Translations under genes and position numbers: made by a program
Part shown: positions 1 to 9,305 of the stretch, in pieces
Numbering within the stretch: position 1 is the stretch's first letter
Layout: every line of letters begins with the position of its first letter
Source: a virus
Strand: one strand, 5' to 3'
Virus record (IMG/VR): IMGVR_UViG_3300032213_001373
Span: 38,328-102,327 of that record
Length of the DNA: 64,000 nucleotides
The notes under the pieces: model-generated
Seen by the model: only the letters and a program-made list of their open reading frames with translations
What the model was told of the DNA's origin: nothing
Databases searched by the model: none

Positions 1-576
1 TAGATCTTCAGTAACTCTTCGACCAGATTTAAAGTGAATTAAACGATCTTTGAGAGTTGGATGATGGGGGTCATTTCCGAGTGTTCTGATTTCTTCCCCG
101 GCTCTTTTACGAAGCGTTATTTCTCCACGCATTTTTTCTAAGTTTGCTGATGCAGTTGGTCCAGCAAGATGTCCTTGATCATTTAAGAAATCAACAACTT
201 CACTGTGTTTAAACCATGTGCGTGTACCACGTTGAAGTGAATCTACGTCCATTGGGTCTGTACCCTCTGTTCTGCGACCCATACCCTTTTGTTCTACATA
301 GTGTGGAATTTCTCGTGTGTGAGTCCAACGTTTTACAGAATCTGGGTGTACGCCATATAACGAAGAAATCTCATGCATCTGTAGATATGGCAAACCTTCC
401 TCATCAACTGGGGTTGGCTTAGCTGTTGATTGGCGTACATAGTTAGTACCCATCAATTCGCTATATCTAGACTCATTAAGAGGTTTAGCAGAGGTTAATC
501 CGGCCACTGGTTCGAACTTTTCGACCTTGGGGGTATTTTCTGATTTGGCTTTTGGTAGGTTCTTTTTCTTAGCCAT
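1..576 (-). CDS. Partial (runs off left edge) protein with an Xis/MerR-like helix-turn-helix
   Basis: Not in ORF track. Manual translation from ATG at 576 (directly after the TAA of the upstream gene) is open to position 1: MAKKKNLPKAK...YLQMHEISSLYGVHPDSVKRWTHTREIPH...TWFKHSEVVDFL, an excisionase-like HTH pattern. Confidence 0.65.
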   Translation of the reverse strand, partial: MAKKKNLPKAKSENTPKVEKFEPVAGLTSAKPLNESRYSELMGTNYVRQSTAKPTPVDEEGLPYLQMHEISSLYGVHPDSVKRWTHTREIPHYVEQKGMGRRTEGTDPMDVDSLQRGTRTWFKHSEVVDFLNDQGHLAGPTASANLEKMRGEITLRKRAGEEIRTLGNDPHHPTLKDRLIHFKSGRRVTEDL

Positions 577-1119
577 TTAGTTCCACCGTGGTCTCAAGTG
601 TGTGAAGTTGTGAGCAACTCTAGGGTTAAATTCAATAGGCACAGTAGCAGAGATGTTTGCCTTACCATCATTAACTAGGTGAGGTGGTGGGGCAAGCGTT
701 GCTTTAGGAGCATTGCGCTTTACATTCATAATTAAGCTACCACCATTGTCTGCTGGGGTAACTCTAGCCTTCAAGCGACGATCAGGCTGCAAACCTTCCG
801 GCCACATATACTGACCTGGATCAATGCGCTCGCCTTTGTGTACACCACGTTGGTAGCCGCGTTGGTTTTGTCTAGCCTTTAAAGAATCAAGAACAGAGTC
901 TGAGACTGCATATGGTTTACCTTTATCGTCACGACGTGAACGAATGGTTCCTAAGTAACCGTCTGGATATTCTGCTGAAGGAGTTCTGCCAACACCAAGA
1001 CGTAAGAAATCCATGGAACTGCGTGGAACGATAGGCGTACCTCCACCACCTGTGGTGGTGTATGCGCCAACGTATCCACTAGCACCTAGATACTGCCAGT
1101 TCTGGTGTGAGGATGGCAT
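577..1119 (-). CDS. Hypothetical protein
   Basis: 180-aa ORF, TAATG-coupled to the upstream gene. Confidence 0.7.
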   Translation of the reverse strand: MPSSHQNWQYLGASGYVGAYTTTGGGGTPIVPRSSMDFLRLGVGRTPSAEYPDGYLGTIRSRRDDKGKPYAVSDSVLDSLKARQNQRGYQRGVHKGERIDPGQYMWPEGLQPDRRLKARVTPADNGGSLIMNVKRNAPKATLAPPPHLVNDGKANISATVPIEFNPRVAHNFTHLRPRWN

Positions 1120-1391
1120 TACTTCTCCTCGTCTACGACAACTTCTTCTTTAACTTCTTCTACAGGAGCTTCTTCAACTGCTGCTGCTTTTTTCTTTACT
1201 TGCTTTTTAACCTCTGGTTGAGGAGCAGGCTCTTCGATAGGGGCTTTGAATACTTCGACTTCAAAAACTTTGGTTCCAAGATCCCGTGAAAGTTTGATGA
1301 ACCACGGTAAGTGAGCAGCACAATATAACTGAGAACGAGCTTTATCTTTAAGCTCATACTTTGCCAACTCTCCACAGTTATCGCAGGTCAT
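1119..1391 (-). CDS. Hypothetical protein with CxxC...CxxH zinc motif and K/E-rich tail
   Basis: MTCDNCG...LYCAAHLP; ATGA overlap with the upstream gene. Confidence 0.65.
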   Translation of the reverse strand: MTCDNCGELAKYELKDKARSQLYCAAHLPWFIKLSRDLGTKVFEVEVFKAPIEEPAPQPEVKKQVKKKAAAVEEAPVEEVKEEVVVDEEK

Positions 1392-1660
1392 GGTTTCTTC
1401 TTTGCAGCTTTCTTAACTTTCTTGTTTGACTCTTCAACAATAGCAGCTAATTGCTTTTCAATCTCAGGAAGAACAGCCTTCACAATACCGAATGCTGGAT
1501 CTTTTGGATTTACTGCACGAGCAGCTACTGGAAGAACGGCTGCTAATCCTGCAGCAACAAGTCCTGTAATATCATGGTTGCCGGTCATCCATACTGCGGT
1601 AGCAGCTGCCACAAAAGAGCGGCCATAGGAGGCGAGCATTGCCTTTAGTTTTGCGTCCAT
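1388..1660 (-). CDS. Putative holin
   Basis: Two hydrophobic segments, SYGRSF and NPKDPAFG motifs, basic C-terminus, typical of actinophage holins; AGGAA RBS. Confidence 0.6.
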   Translation of the reverse strand: MDAKLKAMLASYGRSFVAAATAVWMTGNHDITGLVAAGLAAVLPVAARAVNPKDPAFGIVKAVLPEIEKQLAAIVEESNKKVKKAAKKKP

Positions 1661-1723
1661 TTTATTTCCTTTCTAGGTGGTCCTAGGATATCTATGGTGC
1701 CCTAAAAAGGGTGTAACGTCAGG

Positions 1724-1972
1724 TTAATCCTTGTTTTCTTTGATGTGCTGGTCCAAACGGCCCTTCATTTCGGACACTTCGCTGCGGATTTCGCCCAAGA
1801 TCGGGAGGATCTCTAGACGAATCTTATCGGCTAAGCTGTTGCCACCATTGGGCTTCAATTCACTTAAGTATTCTTTGATTAGGTACTCGTTAAACTTTCT
1901 AAGCGCTACAAACAACGATGTTGAAATCGCAATAATTCCGGAGATAACTCCAACCCAATCAAGCAGTGACAT
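1724..1972 (-). CDS. Single-TM lysis-associated membrane protein (PNGG motif)
   Basis: Start reassigned to ATG 1972 (GGAG RBS). N-terminal TM, ELKPNGGNSLAD motif and coiled coil, as in proteins beside actinophage holins. Confidence 0.55.
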   Translation of the reverse strand: MSLLDWVGVISGIIAISTSLFVALRKFNEYLIKEYLSELKPNGGNSLADKIRLEILPILGEIRSEVSEMKGRLDQHIKENKD

Positions 1973-2068
1973 ATTGTCTCCCAAGGTGTATTTAATTGTA
2001 TGCAAACTATGATGCATGAAACACAGTGTGTCATGTTAAACTCTGTACATAGTTAGAAGGAGATAATC

Positions 2069-4885
2069 ATAAACCCACTGCGTATATTCGCAGCACTATC
2101 TGTATTACTAAATAGGATTAATTTCGTAATTGGAGCGGGTTTTATATACCTGCTGTTAACACTTTCCCCAGCTCAGGCTGATGAACCTAGTCCCTCCACA
2201 GGGTCTGAGACCTCAACTGTTCTAGTTGGTACTCCAACTCAAGAACCCGCGCCTGCAACTTCGGGCCCTCAAACTTCCAGTACGACAAATTCTGCTGAGG
2301 TAACTCAGACATCAACGAGTCAACCTTCTTCGACGCCCACAAACGGTTCTTCTCAGCCCAGCGATCCAAGTCCAGCTGCTGCGCCCGAATCTTCGACTCA
2401 GCACACTTCAACTGAACCGACAACTTCAACACCTTCCCCTTCTCCGGCTGATACCACTGGATCAACGACACCAAGTAGCCAAGAACAAACGCCACCAACA
2501 ACAGTAGAGACTCCAACTGTAACCTCCGTTCAGACAAAAATAGAGAACGCAACTGTAACATTAAATACGGCTGTAGCTACAGCTTCTCCTGAACAAATTT
2601 CTGCGGCTACAGAACCTGTTGCTGCGGCTCAAACAGCTATTGCAGCCGCTGATTCAGCCACCGCGGTTGCTGTAACAGCCCAAGCAGCGGTAGATTCTCA
2701 GACAGCCGTGGTAGCAACTGCTACTACAAATGTAGCAACCGCCCAAGCAGATTTAACAACGGCTACTACTAATCTAACAACAGCTCAAGCTGATTTAACA
2801 ACAGCTCAAACCACCCTTACTAACGCCCCTGTAGTTGAGACAACCGCCCCAGGACTTGTTGTAAAAGTCTACAACGTTCAAGGTCAAAACCAAGCTCCAG
2901 TACTGCCACAAGGGGCAACACCTATCCATACAGCAGTTGACACTAACGGCATCAATGAAAACTGGGGAAGCGGTAACGTAGCTGGCTCTAATCGTTCAGA
3001 GGATGTAATTGTTACCTATGAAGGACAAGTTACTGCACCAGAGGGCGTAAACACCATTCGGTTCTTAACACTTTCAGATGATGGCGCCAGGATATTTATT
3101 GATAACGTATTAGTTGTAAACCAGTGGGTAGACCAAGGACCTACCTGGAGCCTTCCAAGTCAGTGGATTGATTTCACTAACGACAGAACTAAGGATATTG
3201 CCGTTTGGTATTATGAAAATGGTGGCGGTGCAACCCTTCATCTAGGTTGGCAACACAGCGGTATTCATACAGGTGTGGGTGCTCAGTATCTATCACATAC
3301 AACAACTACTCAAGACCCTACGTTAGTAACGGCGGTCACTACCGCACAATCTACTGTTACAGATAAAACGGAAGTGAAGCAAGTAGCAGAGACAACGCTT
3401 GCAACAGCTCAGACCACACTAACAACAGAAACTGGGACATTAACAACCCTCCAATCAACAGCTAGTACAGCACTTGCAACAGCTAACGCTCTAGCAGATA
3501 CAGCTACAGCTACGGTTGCCACTGCCGTTACAGTTCTTCAAACTCCGATTCCTCAGCCGACTCCAACACCTGAGCCAACTCCCGCACCGCAGCCAGAGCC
3601 AACACCAACCCCACAACCAGAGCCGACACCAACCCCAACACCACAACCCGAACCTTCACCTGAACCTACCCCCGTTCCTGTCGATCCAACACCCACACCA
3701 GTAGCGCCACAACCAGTGGAACCAACACCAACGCCAACTCCAACACCTGAACCTCCTACAGTTCCGTCAGTGGACCCTGTCCCCACAAATCCTGACCCGG
3801 TTCCAACACCTCAACCTGAGCCTCAACCTCAACCAACCTCTCCTGAGCCCGAAACGACACCAGAGGTAGACACTCCAGAGCCTCAACCAGAGCCTTCTCC
3901 AGAGGAAACACAAAATCCGGAAGAGCCTGAGTCTCCTGAAGAGAACATTCCTTCAGACACTGAAGACGGTTCAGACAGTCCTGAAGATCTTCCCGAAGAC
4001 GATACTGATCCCACCACAGAGTCACCTACTGAGCCCTCCACAGAAGAGCCAGAGACACCCACAGAACCATCAACAGGTACGGAAGAGCCCGAAGAACAAC
4101 CCGTAGAGCCTGAGGTGCCGTCTGAGGAAGTCGATACACCTGAGGAACCAGAAACACAACCAGAGATACCAGAGCAAGAGCAAGAAAATCCGTCCACAGA
4201 ACCATTAGAACCTCCTATTGAAGAAACAACTCCAGAGCCTACCACACCTGAAGAGGAGGTAGCGTCTGCTGTAGAGGACGTCCTATCTGACGGCAAGCTA
4301 ACTGCTGCTGATGCTGAAGAAGTTATGGACGCTCTAAACGCAGATGGAAAAGTCACTGCTGAGGAAGTCACTGCCCTAGTTGATGCCCTAAAGGAAGACG
4401 GCAAGCTTAGTGCTGCTGAGAAGGAACTTGTTGCTACTGCTCTTATTGAGTCTGTAGCCCCAGGTGAAACCCTCACAAAAGAACAGATTCAAGATGCCGG
4501 AATTGCTTATCAAGACCTGCCACCAGAGACTCCTGTTGAGGTTAGACAGGATGAAAACGGTAATGAAGTTATAATTACAGCAGACGTTGCCGCAGCCCTT
4601 GTGCTACTTGAGAACCCTGCGGAATTAATCGGTGAATTATTCAATGACCCAGGTCAAGCCCTCCAAGCACTCGGAAGTATCGGTGCGGACATGAGCCCAG
4701 AAGAACGTGAAGAAGCAACAGAAATGGTAGTTGCTGCCGTTGTGGCTGCAGGCGCTGCTATAAATGCAGTTGGTGCAGCAACAGGAAGCACTGGTGGAAG
4801 CACTGGTGGTTCTGGTGGCGGAGGCAGTTCTGGTGGCGGAGGTCCATCAGGAGATTCTAAAGGCGTTAGGAGACGTAAACCTTGA
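2069..4885 (+). CDS. Large secreted/surface protein: signal peptide, S/T/P linker, Ala/Thr stalk, PA14 domain, Pro/Glu repeats, EF-hand-like repeats, C-terminal anchor
   Basis: Frame of the 2708 ORF is open back to 2057. AAGGAG (2057-2062) precedes ATA at 2069; the added N-terminus reads as a signal peptide ending AQA/DE. PA14 motifs [10 protein letters not shown] and [15 protein letters not shown]; [27 protein letters not shown] repeats; hydrophobic C-terminal segment plus RRRKP. Confidence 0.75.
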   Translation: MNPLRIFAALSVLLNRINFVIGAGFIYLLLTLSPAQADEPSPSTGSETSTVLVGTPTQEPAPATSGPQTSSTTNSAEVTQTSTSQPSSTPTNGSSQPSDPSPAAAPESSTQHTSTEPTTSTPSPSPADTTGSTTPSSQEQTPPTTVETPTVTSVQTKIENATVTLNTAVATASPEQISAATEPVAAAQTAIAAADSATAVAVTAQAAVDSQTAVVATATTNVATAQADLTTATTNLTTAQADLTTAQTTLTNAPVVETTAPGLVVKVYNVQGQNQAPVLPQGATPIHTAVDTNGINENWGSGNVAGSNRSEDVIVTYEGQVTAPEGVNTIRFLTLSDDGARIFIDNVLVVNQWVDQGPTWSLPSQWIDFTNDRTKDIAVWYYENGGGATLHLGWQHSGIHTGVGAQYLSHTTTTQDPTLVTAVTTAQSTVTDKTEVKQVAETTLATAQTTLTTETGTLTTLQSTASTALATANALADTATATVATAVTVLQTPIPQPTPTPEPTPAPQPEPTPTPQPEPTPTPTPQPEPSPEPTPVPVDPTPTPVAPQPVEPTPTPTPTPEPPTVPSVDPVPTNPDPVPTPQPEPQPQPTSPEPETTPEVDTPEPQPEPSPEETQNPEEPESPEENIPSDTEDGSDSPEDLPEDDTDPTTESPTEPSTEEPETPTEPSTGTEEPEEQPVEPEVPSEEVDTPEEPETQPEIPEQEQENPSTEPLEPPIEETTPEPTTPEEEVASAVEDVLSDGKLTAADAEEVMDALNADGKVTAEEVTALVDALKEDGKLSAAEKELVATALIESVAPGETLTKEQIQDAGIAYQDLPPETPVEVRQDENGNEVIITADVAAALVLLENPAELIGELFNDPGQALQALGSIGADMSPEEREEATEMVVAAVVAAGAAINAVGAATGSTGGSTGGSGGGGSSGGGGPSGDSKGVRRRKP
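3545..4255 (+). repeat. Low-complexity PT/PE/PQ coding repeats
   Basis: Degenerate PEPTPTPQ and EEPETP units within the surface protein. Confidence 0.8.
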
Positions 4886-5052
4886 AGATTATTAGAGACA
4901 TGATCGACCAACTATGGACATTGTTAGGCATGTTTATCGCCTGGGTTGTCCTCGATGGATCTGCAAAGACTGTAGTTGGTTATGCCATTGTTGGAACAAT
5001 ATTTGCATGGGCCGTTACCTATCCACTTCGTAACCCAAAGGATGAGGAATGA
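4882..5052 (+). CDS. 56-aa two-TM membrane protein
   Basis: Manual translation [56 protein letters not shown]; TTGA and ATGA overlaps with both neighbours, AGGAG RBS. Confidence 0.8.
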   Translation: MKIIRDMIDQLWTLLGMFIAWVVLDGSAKTVVGYAIVGTIFAWAVTYPLRNPKDEE

Positions 5053-5450
5053 AATCAATAGGAAACATTATTTTAAGAATCGTAGCTACTTTTGCAGCTA
5101 GCGGTTTGTCAGTAATTGGTGCTGGAGCTATTGCAGGAGTTGACACAATCACTGCAGTAACTGTAGCTGGTCTTACAGCTGTTGCAGCAGTAGTTGAAAA
5201 ACTTGCCCGCGGCTTTATGAATGACGGTAAATTAGATCTAGAAGAGATCAACGCTGCATTTGCTGCGGTAGATACTAAAGCCAAGAGTGAACACGATCTC
5301 AAGGTAGAAGCTAAGCAAAATGGAACAGACATCACCATCAGTGCAGCAGGTGCAGTAACTTATGCAGCAGTTGCAGCTGGAAAGCCTGAGGGAGAAGTTC
5401 CTGCAGAGCAGCCAGTTGATGAGGACTGGGCAAAAGAGGAGAACAACTAA
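5049..5450 (+). CDS. Membrane protein (holin-like) with EF-hand-like DGKLDLEE motif
   Basis: Hydrophobic Ala/Gly-rich N-half, acidic tail, directly upstream of the amidase. Confidence 0.6.
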   Translation: MKSIGNIILRIVATFAASGLSVIGAGAIAGVDTITAVTVAGLTAVAAVVEKLARGFMNDGKLDLEEINAAFAAVDTKAKSEHDLKVEAKQNGTDITISAAGAVTYAAVAAGKPEGEVPAEQPVDEDWAKEENN

Positions 5451-6019
5451 TGGCAGATCATGGCACAGCAGCTAAGCTTATTGAAGTTGCTACAGCAGAA
5501 CTAGGAACCATTGAAGGTCCTAAGGATAATGAGACAAAGTACGGCGCTTATACCAAGGCCAACTTCCAGCCATGGTGTGGTTCATTTGTTAACTGGTGCG
5601 CTAACGAGGCTGGTGTAAAGGTACCTAATACTGTATACACCCCTGGTGGAGCAGCAGCATTTAAGAAGGCTAGTTCATGGATTGATGGAGACATCGCAGA
5701 TCCAGAACCAGGAGATATTGCGTATTTTGATTTCCCATCAGACGGCGTCGATAGAATTTCTCACGTAGGAATTGTTATCAAGGACAACGGAGATGGAACT
5801 GTTTGGTGCATTGAGGGTAATACATCCCCTGATGAAAAGGGCAGCCAGCGCAATGGTGGTCAAGTTTCTAAGAAGCTTCGTGCTTTTAAGAAGAACCCAA
5901 AGAAAGTACAGATTTCTATCGTGGGATTTGGACGCCCTAAGTTTAAGGGTGCTCCTAAGGCTACTGCTCCGGCAGAATCGACCCCGGGGGTTTGTTCCTG
6001 CTGCGGTCGTCAGCTCTAA
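5450..6019 (+). CDS. CHAP-domain peptidoglycan amidase/endolysin
   Basis: PWCGSFVNW, PGDIAYFD, SHVGIV and IEGNT motifs. Confidence 0.85.
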   Translation: MADHGTAAKLIEVATAELGTIEGPKDNETKYGAYTKANFQPWCGSFVNWCANEAGVKVPNTVYTPGGAAAFKKASSWIDGDIADPEPGDIAYFDFPSDGVDRISHVGIVIKDNGDGTVWCIEGNTSPDEKGSQRNGGQVSKKLRAFKKNPKKVQISIVGFGRPKFKGAPKATAPAESTPGVCSCCGRQL

Positions 6020-6111
6020 TGTATTACTTAACTCACGTAACTTTTCAAGGAGTATTTTTAGTTACACTAATACTCACTGTAGTACTTGGGGATTGGTGGG
6101 CAAACAGATAA
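6019..6111 (+). CDS. 30-aa single-TM micropeptide
   Basis: MYYLTHVTFQGVFLVTLILTVVLGDWWANR; TAATG-coupled to the CHAP gene and fills the gap to the terminator. Confidence 0.6.
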   Translation: MYYLTHVTFQGVFLVTLILTVVLGDWWANR

Positions 6112-6112
6112 T

Positions 6113-6145
6113 AAAAAACCCCCGGTTAATAGCCGGGGGTTTTTT
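6113..6145. terminator. Bidirectional intrinsic terminator
   Basis: AAAAAACCCCCGG-TTAATAG-CCGGGGGTTTTTT between convergent genes. Confidence 0.9.
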
Positions 6146-6146
6146 G

Positions 6147-7310
6147 TTATCCTCCAAGAACAACAAGTTCCCTTCGAGGATCGATACCTTCACCAACAAC
6201 TAAGGAAACGATTCCCGGTTGGCTTTCAAGACCAGACTTATCACGGAACCAAGCTGAACCATTATCCATTGCTGGATTCTGAATAAACAATCTAGGTCCA
6301 ACACTCTGTGCATGGTAGTGGTGGTAGTGACCTACGTTAAGGATGTCAGCCTGAGCAACGGAGCAACGTCCCATGGCTTGACCTCCCCACCACTTAATTA
6401 GATCACGGGCTTGATGACCGTGAGCCATACCATAAAGAGTCCCACTTAGATTAACAGCAAGCGTGCTGTCATCTGCGGCTGGATACCTAAACTCAACGCG
6501 ATCACGTAAGAAGTCATTCTCTTTACATATATCTTCTACCTGTGCAACTACATCGATTTGCCAGGAATCTTCTGGTCGTCCTACTAAGAAACGTTGTACC
6601 TCATCGTGGTTACCTGGAACAACAGGTACAATGATATTTCCAAACGGTGCTAATGCTTTGATCTGAGCCAACAACATACGACGACCAACACGTACCTGCT
6701 CTGATACGCCAATGTCATGGCGACCCATTACCTTACCCTTTTGACTCGTCATACCTTCAATGCAATCACCTAGTTGAGGTAAAGCAATCTGAGCAATAGG
6801 GTATTTCTTAGCTAAATATTTATGGTGATCTACAGCTGCGTCGAATGAACGAAGTACACGATCAATAATGGCAGGAGTGTCATCCTTACCGTACTGAGTA
6901 TCTCCCATGCTGTACACAGCAGTTAGATCTCCCGATACTTCAAGAACCTTTCCAGGCTTCCACTTTGTAATACCATCAAGTAGCTGCTCAAGATCATAAT
7001 CCTTTGCGTTCTCTGGCTTTACTGGCACTACGTTTACACGAAACGACTCAAGCCAATCACCATTAAATGTTTGCCAACGTGAACGACGATGTGAAACAAC
7101 AGCCCACTCTTCTGGATTTAGGTTTGCTTCACGCAGGATGTCTTCTGCACCAGGAGTGTTTCCATCTGGTCGTGGAGTAGACACAACAAATCCACCGTCA
7201 GTTCCAATTTCAGAACGTGGACGCCATGCATCTGGAATGCTTTTATTTACCTTATCTGAACCTTGGTTACTTGTTTGAATTATTGAATCATAGTCATCTG
7301 CTAAGGACAT
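6147..7310 (-). CDS. Metallophosphoesterase (calcineurin-like)
   Basis: GDTQYG, LGDCIEG, PGNHDE, HGH and GHYHH motifs. Confidence 0.85.
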   Translation of the reverse strand: MSLADDYDSIIQTSNQGSDKVNKSIPDAWRPRSEIGTDGGFVVSTPRPDGNTPGAEDILREANLNPEEWAVVSHRRSRWQTFNGDWLESFRVNVVPVKPENAKDYDLEQLLDGITKWKPGKVLEVSGDLTAVYSMGDTQYGKDDTPAIIDRVLRSFDAAVDHHKYLAKKYPIAQIALPQLGDCIEGMTSQKGKVMGRHDIGVSEQVRVGRRMLLAQIKALAPFGNIIVPVVPGNHDEVQRFLVGRPEDSWQIDVVAQVEDICKENDFLRDRVEFRYPAADDSTLAVNLSGTLYGMAHGHQARDLIKWWGGQAMGRCSVAQADILNVGHYHHYHAQSVGPRLFIQNPAMDNGSAWFRDKSGLESQPGIVSLVVGEGIDPRRELVVLGG

Positions 7311-7534
7311 CCACATTCTCCGTTTCGGTGAGTTAATAAGGATGTCAAACCGAATGACGCCCCAGCTTTTTGGTATAACTTAAAGAGACTTCTAGTTGAG
7401 AAGTCTACGTCATTTAAGGAAGTATCAAATGCAGTTCTATCTGTTTCAGAAAGGGTTGCAGCCCATTGGCCAACAACACAATGGCCACTTAACTTTGTAT
7501 GCTCTTTAGCTTCGGCATATAAATTATCTAACAT
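7301..7534 (-). CDS. Small hypothetical protein, probably Zn-binding
   Basis: C...H-x4-CGC motif; GGAG RBS. Confidence 0.65.
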   Translation of the reverse strand: MLDNLYAEAKEHTKLSGHCVVGQWAATLSETDRTAFDTSLNDVDFSTRSLFKLYQKAGASFGLTSLLTHRNGECGCP

Positions 7535-7560
7535 ATTTGCTCCGTATGTCTTAGTCCGAT

Positions 7561-7596
7561 GTATAAGCCGGGCCCGTTAAGGCCCGGCTCTTATAC
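7561..7596. terminator. Intergenic GC-rich hairpin (terminator or processing stem)
   Basis: AGCCGGGCC-CGTTAA-GGCCCGGCT flanked by GTATAAG/CTTATAC. Confidence 0.55.
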
Positions 7597-7603
7597 TACA
7601 CTA

Positions 7604-7957
7604 TTAGTAAGAAGCAGATGCTCCACCATCAAAATTTGGACGACTGCGATAAACAGCTGTCTTGACGATGTTTCCATTAGCCTGTGTAAAACCTGCTGAT
7701 GGATCTGTCTGCTTTGTATAACGAGCTGTCAATGGACGGTAAGCTGCGCCATTACGTTCTGCCTGTGATGGCATTGCGTTCTCACGATTTACCTTTGTGC
7801 CAGCTCCTGTTGGGTCGCCCGCCTTTGCGTTGCCTTTCTTTGGCATAAGTTTGCCAGCCTTTACACCTGCGGTAGAGAACTTAATTCCGTCCTTACCCAT
7901 AGGTGTGCGGCCTTGCTTAGCCATTCCAGCCAACGCTTCAGATGTTACGTCTGCCAT
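7604..7957 (-). CDS. Basic Gly/Ala-rich hypothetical protein
   Basis: 117-aa ORF with AGGA RBS. Confidence 0.7.
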   Translation of the reverse strand: MADVTSEALAGMAKQGRTPMGKDGIKFSTAGVKAGKLMPKKGNAKAGDPTGAGTKVNRENAMPSQAERNGAAYRPLTARYTKQTDPSAGFTQANGNIVKTAVYRSRPNFDGGASASY

Positions 7958-7998
7958 GTTAGTCCTAACTTTAAGAGATCTCTTAAACTAAGAATACC

Positions 7999-8280
7999 TT
8001 AGTTCACTTCTACAGTAAAGACTATTGCTGAAATTTGTCCGTCCCGAGAGTCCACGGTAGTGAAACCTGGACGGCAAGTTAGGTCTAATCCTCTAGGGGC
8101 TACGTAGCCTCTAGCTATAGCAATTGCTTTTACTGCCTGGTTTACTGCTGATGCACCTACCGCTCTAATCTTCACCTGTGGTGCTTCATAGAGTGCGTGG
8201 GCAATAGCGGAACCAACCGACTGGGCATTCGATCCGGCGCTTACACGCAGGAACTTCTCATCTAGTTCTTTATCTATCAC
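7999..8280 (-). CDS. spoVS: SpoVS family (Alba-fold) nucleic-acid-binding protein
   Basis: LRVSAGSNAQSVGSAIA...IRAVGASAVNQAVKAIAIARGYVAPRGLDLTCRPGF matches the SpoVS consensus. Confidence 0.9.
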   Translation of the reverse strand: MIDKELDEKFLRVSAGSNAQSVGSAIAHALYEAPQVKIRAVGASAVNQAVKAIAIARGYVAPRGLDLTCRPGFTTVDSRDGQISAIVFTVEVN

Positions 8281-8338
8281 GTTTTGTAGTCCTTCAGTTG
8301 TCGAGTTGTTCGCCCCCTGATGGAAAACGGTACGTGAT

Positions 8339-8689
8339 TTAAGAGGATCCGTCAGCGTATCCAGCCTCTTTTAATAGGTTTACAAAGTCTTCTAGACGTA
8401 GCATGACCGGCCATTCCCCGATATTAGCCTCTCCTTGGCCATTAAGACGTAGGACAGCTACAGGCAAATCTTTACCGTTATGACGTTCCTTGAGCTGTTT
8501 TATAGCTGCACTGGGGTTGAAGTCTCTACGAGCCTTTACTTCCCAATCAATGCCTATAGTTCCAGTAACGTCTGTGCCAGACCTACCCGCCCCAGCTGAC
8601 TCTGCATAGATCCAGCCGTGCTTAACTAAGAACTCAGCCAAAATCTTTTGAGATTTGTAGCCACGATGCTTCCTACTTTGAGATGGCAT
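8339..8689 (-). CDS. Hjc-type Holliday junction resolvase (PD-(D/E)XK)
   Basis: KHRG..., GTDV, WEVKAR motifs. Confidence 0.7.
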   Translation of the reverse strand: MPSQSRKHRGYKSQKILAEFLVKHGWIYAESAGAGRSGTDVTGTIGIDWEVKARRDFNPSAAIKQLKERHNGKDLPVAVLRLNGQGEANIGEWPVMLRLEDFVNLLKEAGYADGSS

Positions 8690-9305
8690 TACTCATCCTA
8701 GTCTGAATCAAAAGAGTTAGATCTTCAATTGTCCCGTTGTTAACAAAGATTTGATCAACCTTGTAATCATCTAGTTCGTGCTCTGAAACATGAGAGTTAA
8801 CTGCTTCTACACCTAAACGCTTTATACGCCAGATCTGACCGCCTAACGAATGGACGGTCTCAGCTTCATTCTTAAATCGAACGTCTGTAATAACTAACTT
8901 ATGATTACCGCCTACTACTGGATGTTCGGCAAGGTATGGCTTCAGAGCTTGGTTCACCCAAAAATCTTCACCAAACATATTACGTGCAGCTACACCGACA
9001 TCCTGCAAAATGCGACGAACCTGTGGTTCTTGCTTAGCGTTATCCCAACCAACAAGGTTTACAAGATCTTTAAGATAACCTGTAGGGCTGCATGCAACCA
9101 TTGGGTTAACTTCATAGATAAAGTTTCTAATGGTGTCGGCAAAAGCAACACGACGATAGCCATATCGCTCTACTAAAATAGATGCGACTGTGTCCTTGCC
9201 AGACTGAGCGTAACCGGTAAGCCCGATAATTTTATACTCTGAATGAATGCCCAGCTCTTCATCAGTAAACATAGACATCTGTTCCCAGGTCATGGTGTCA
9301 ACCAC
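8673..9305 (-). CDS. Deoxynucleoside monophosphate kinase
   Basis: IIGLTGYAQSGKDT P-loop, VITDVRFKNE, HVSE motifs. Confidence 0.85.
   Translation of the reverse strand: MVDTMTWEQMSMFTDEELGIHSEYKIIGLTGYAQSGKDTVASILVERYGYRRVAFADTIRNFIYEVNPMVACSPTGYLKDLVNLVGWDNAKQEPQVRRILQDVGVAARNMFGEDFWVNQALKPYLAEHPVVGGNHKLVITDVRFKNEAETVHSLGGQIWRIKRLGVEAVNSHVSEHELDDYKVDQIFVNNGTIEDLTLLIQTRMSNAISK

Noticed and set aside
2187-2561. 124-aa minus-strand ORF
   Set aside because: Antisense shadow of the extended plus-strand surface-protein frame, which has an RBS and signal peptide
3516-4911. Several overlapping ORFs (3516+, 3553-, 3756-, 3883-, 4654-)
   Set aside because: By-products of low-complexity Pro/Thr/Glu codons in the real gene
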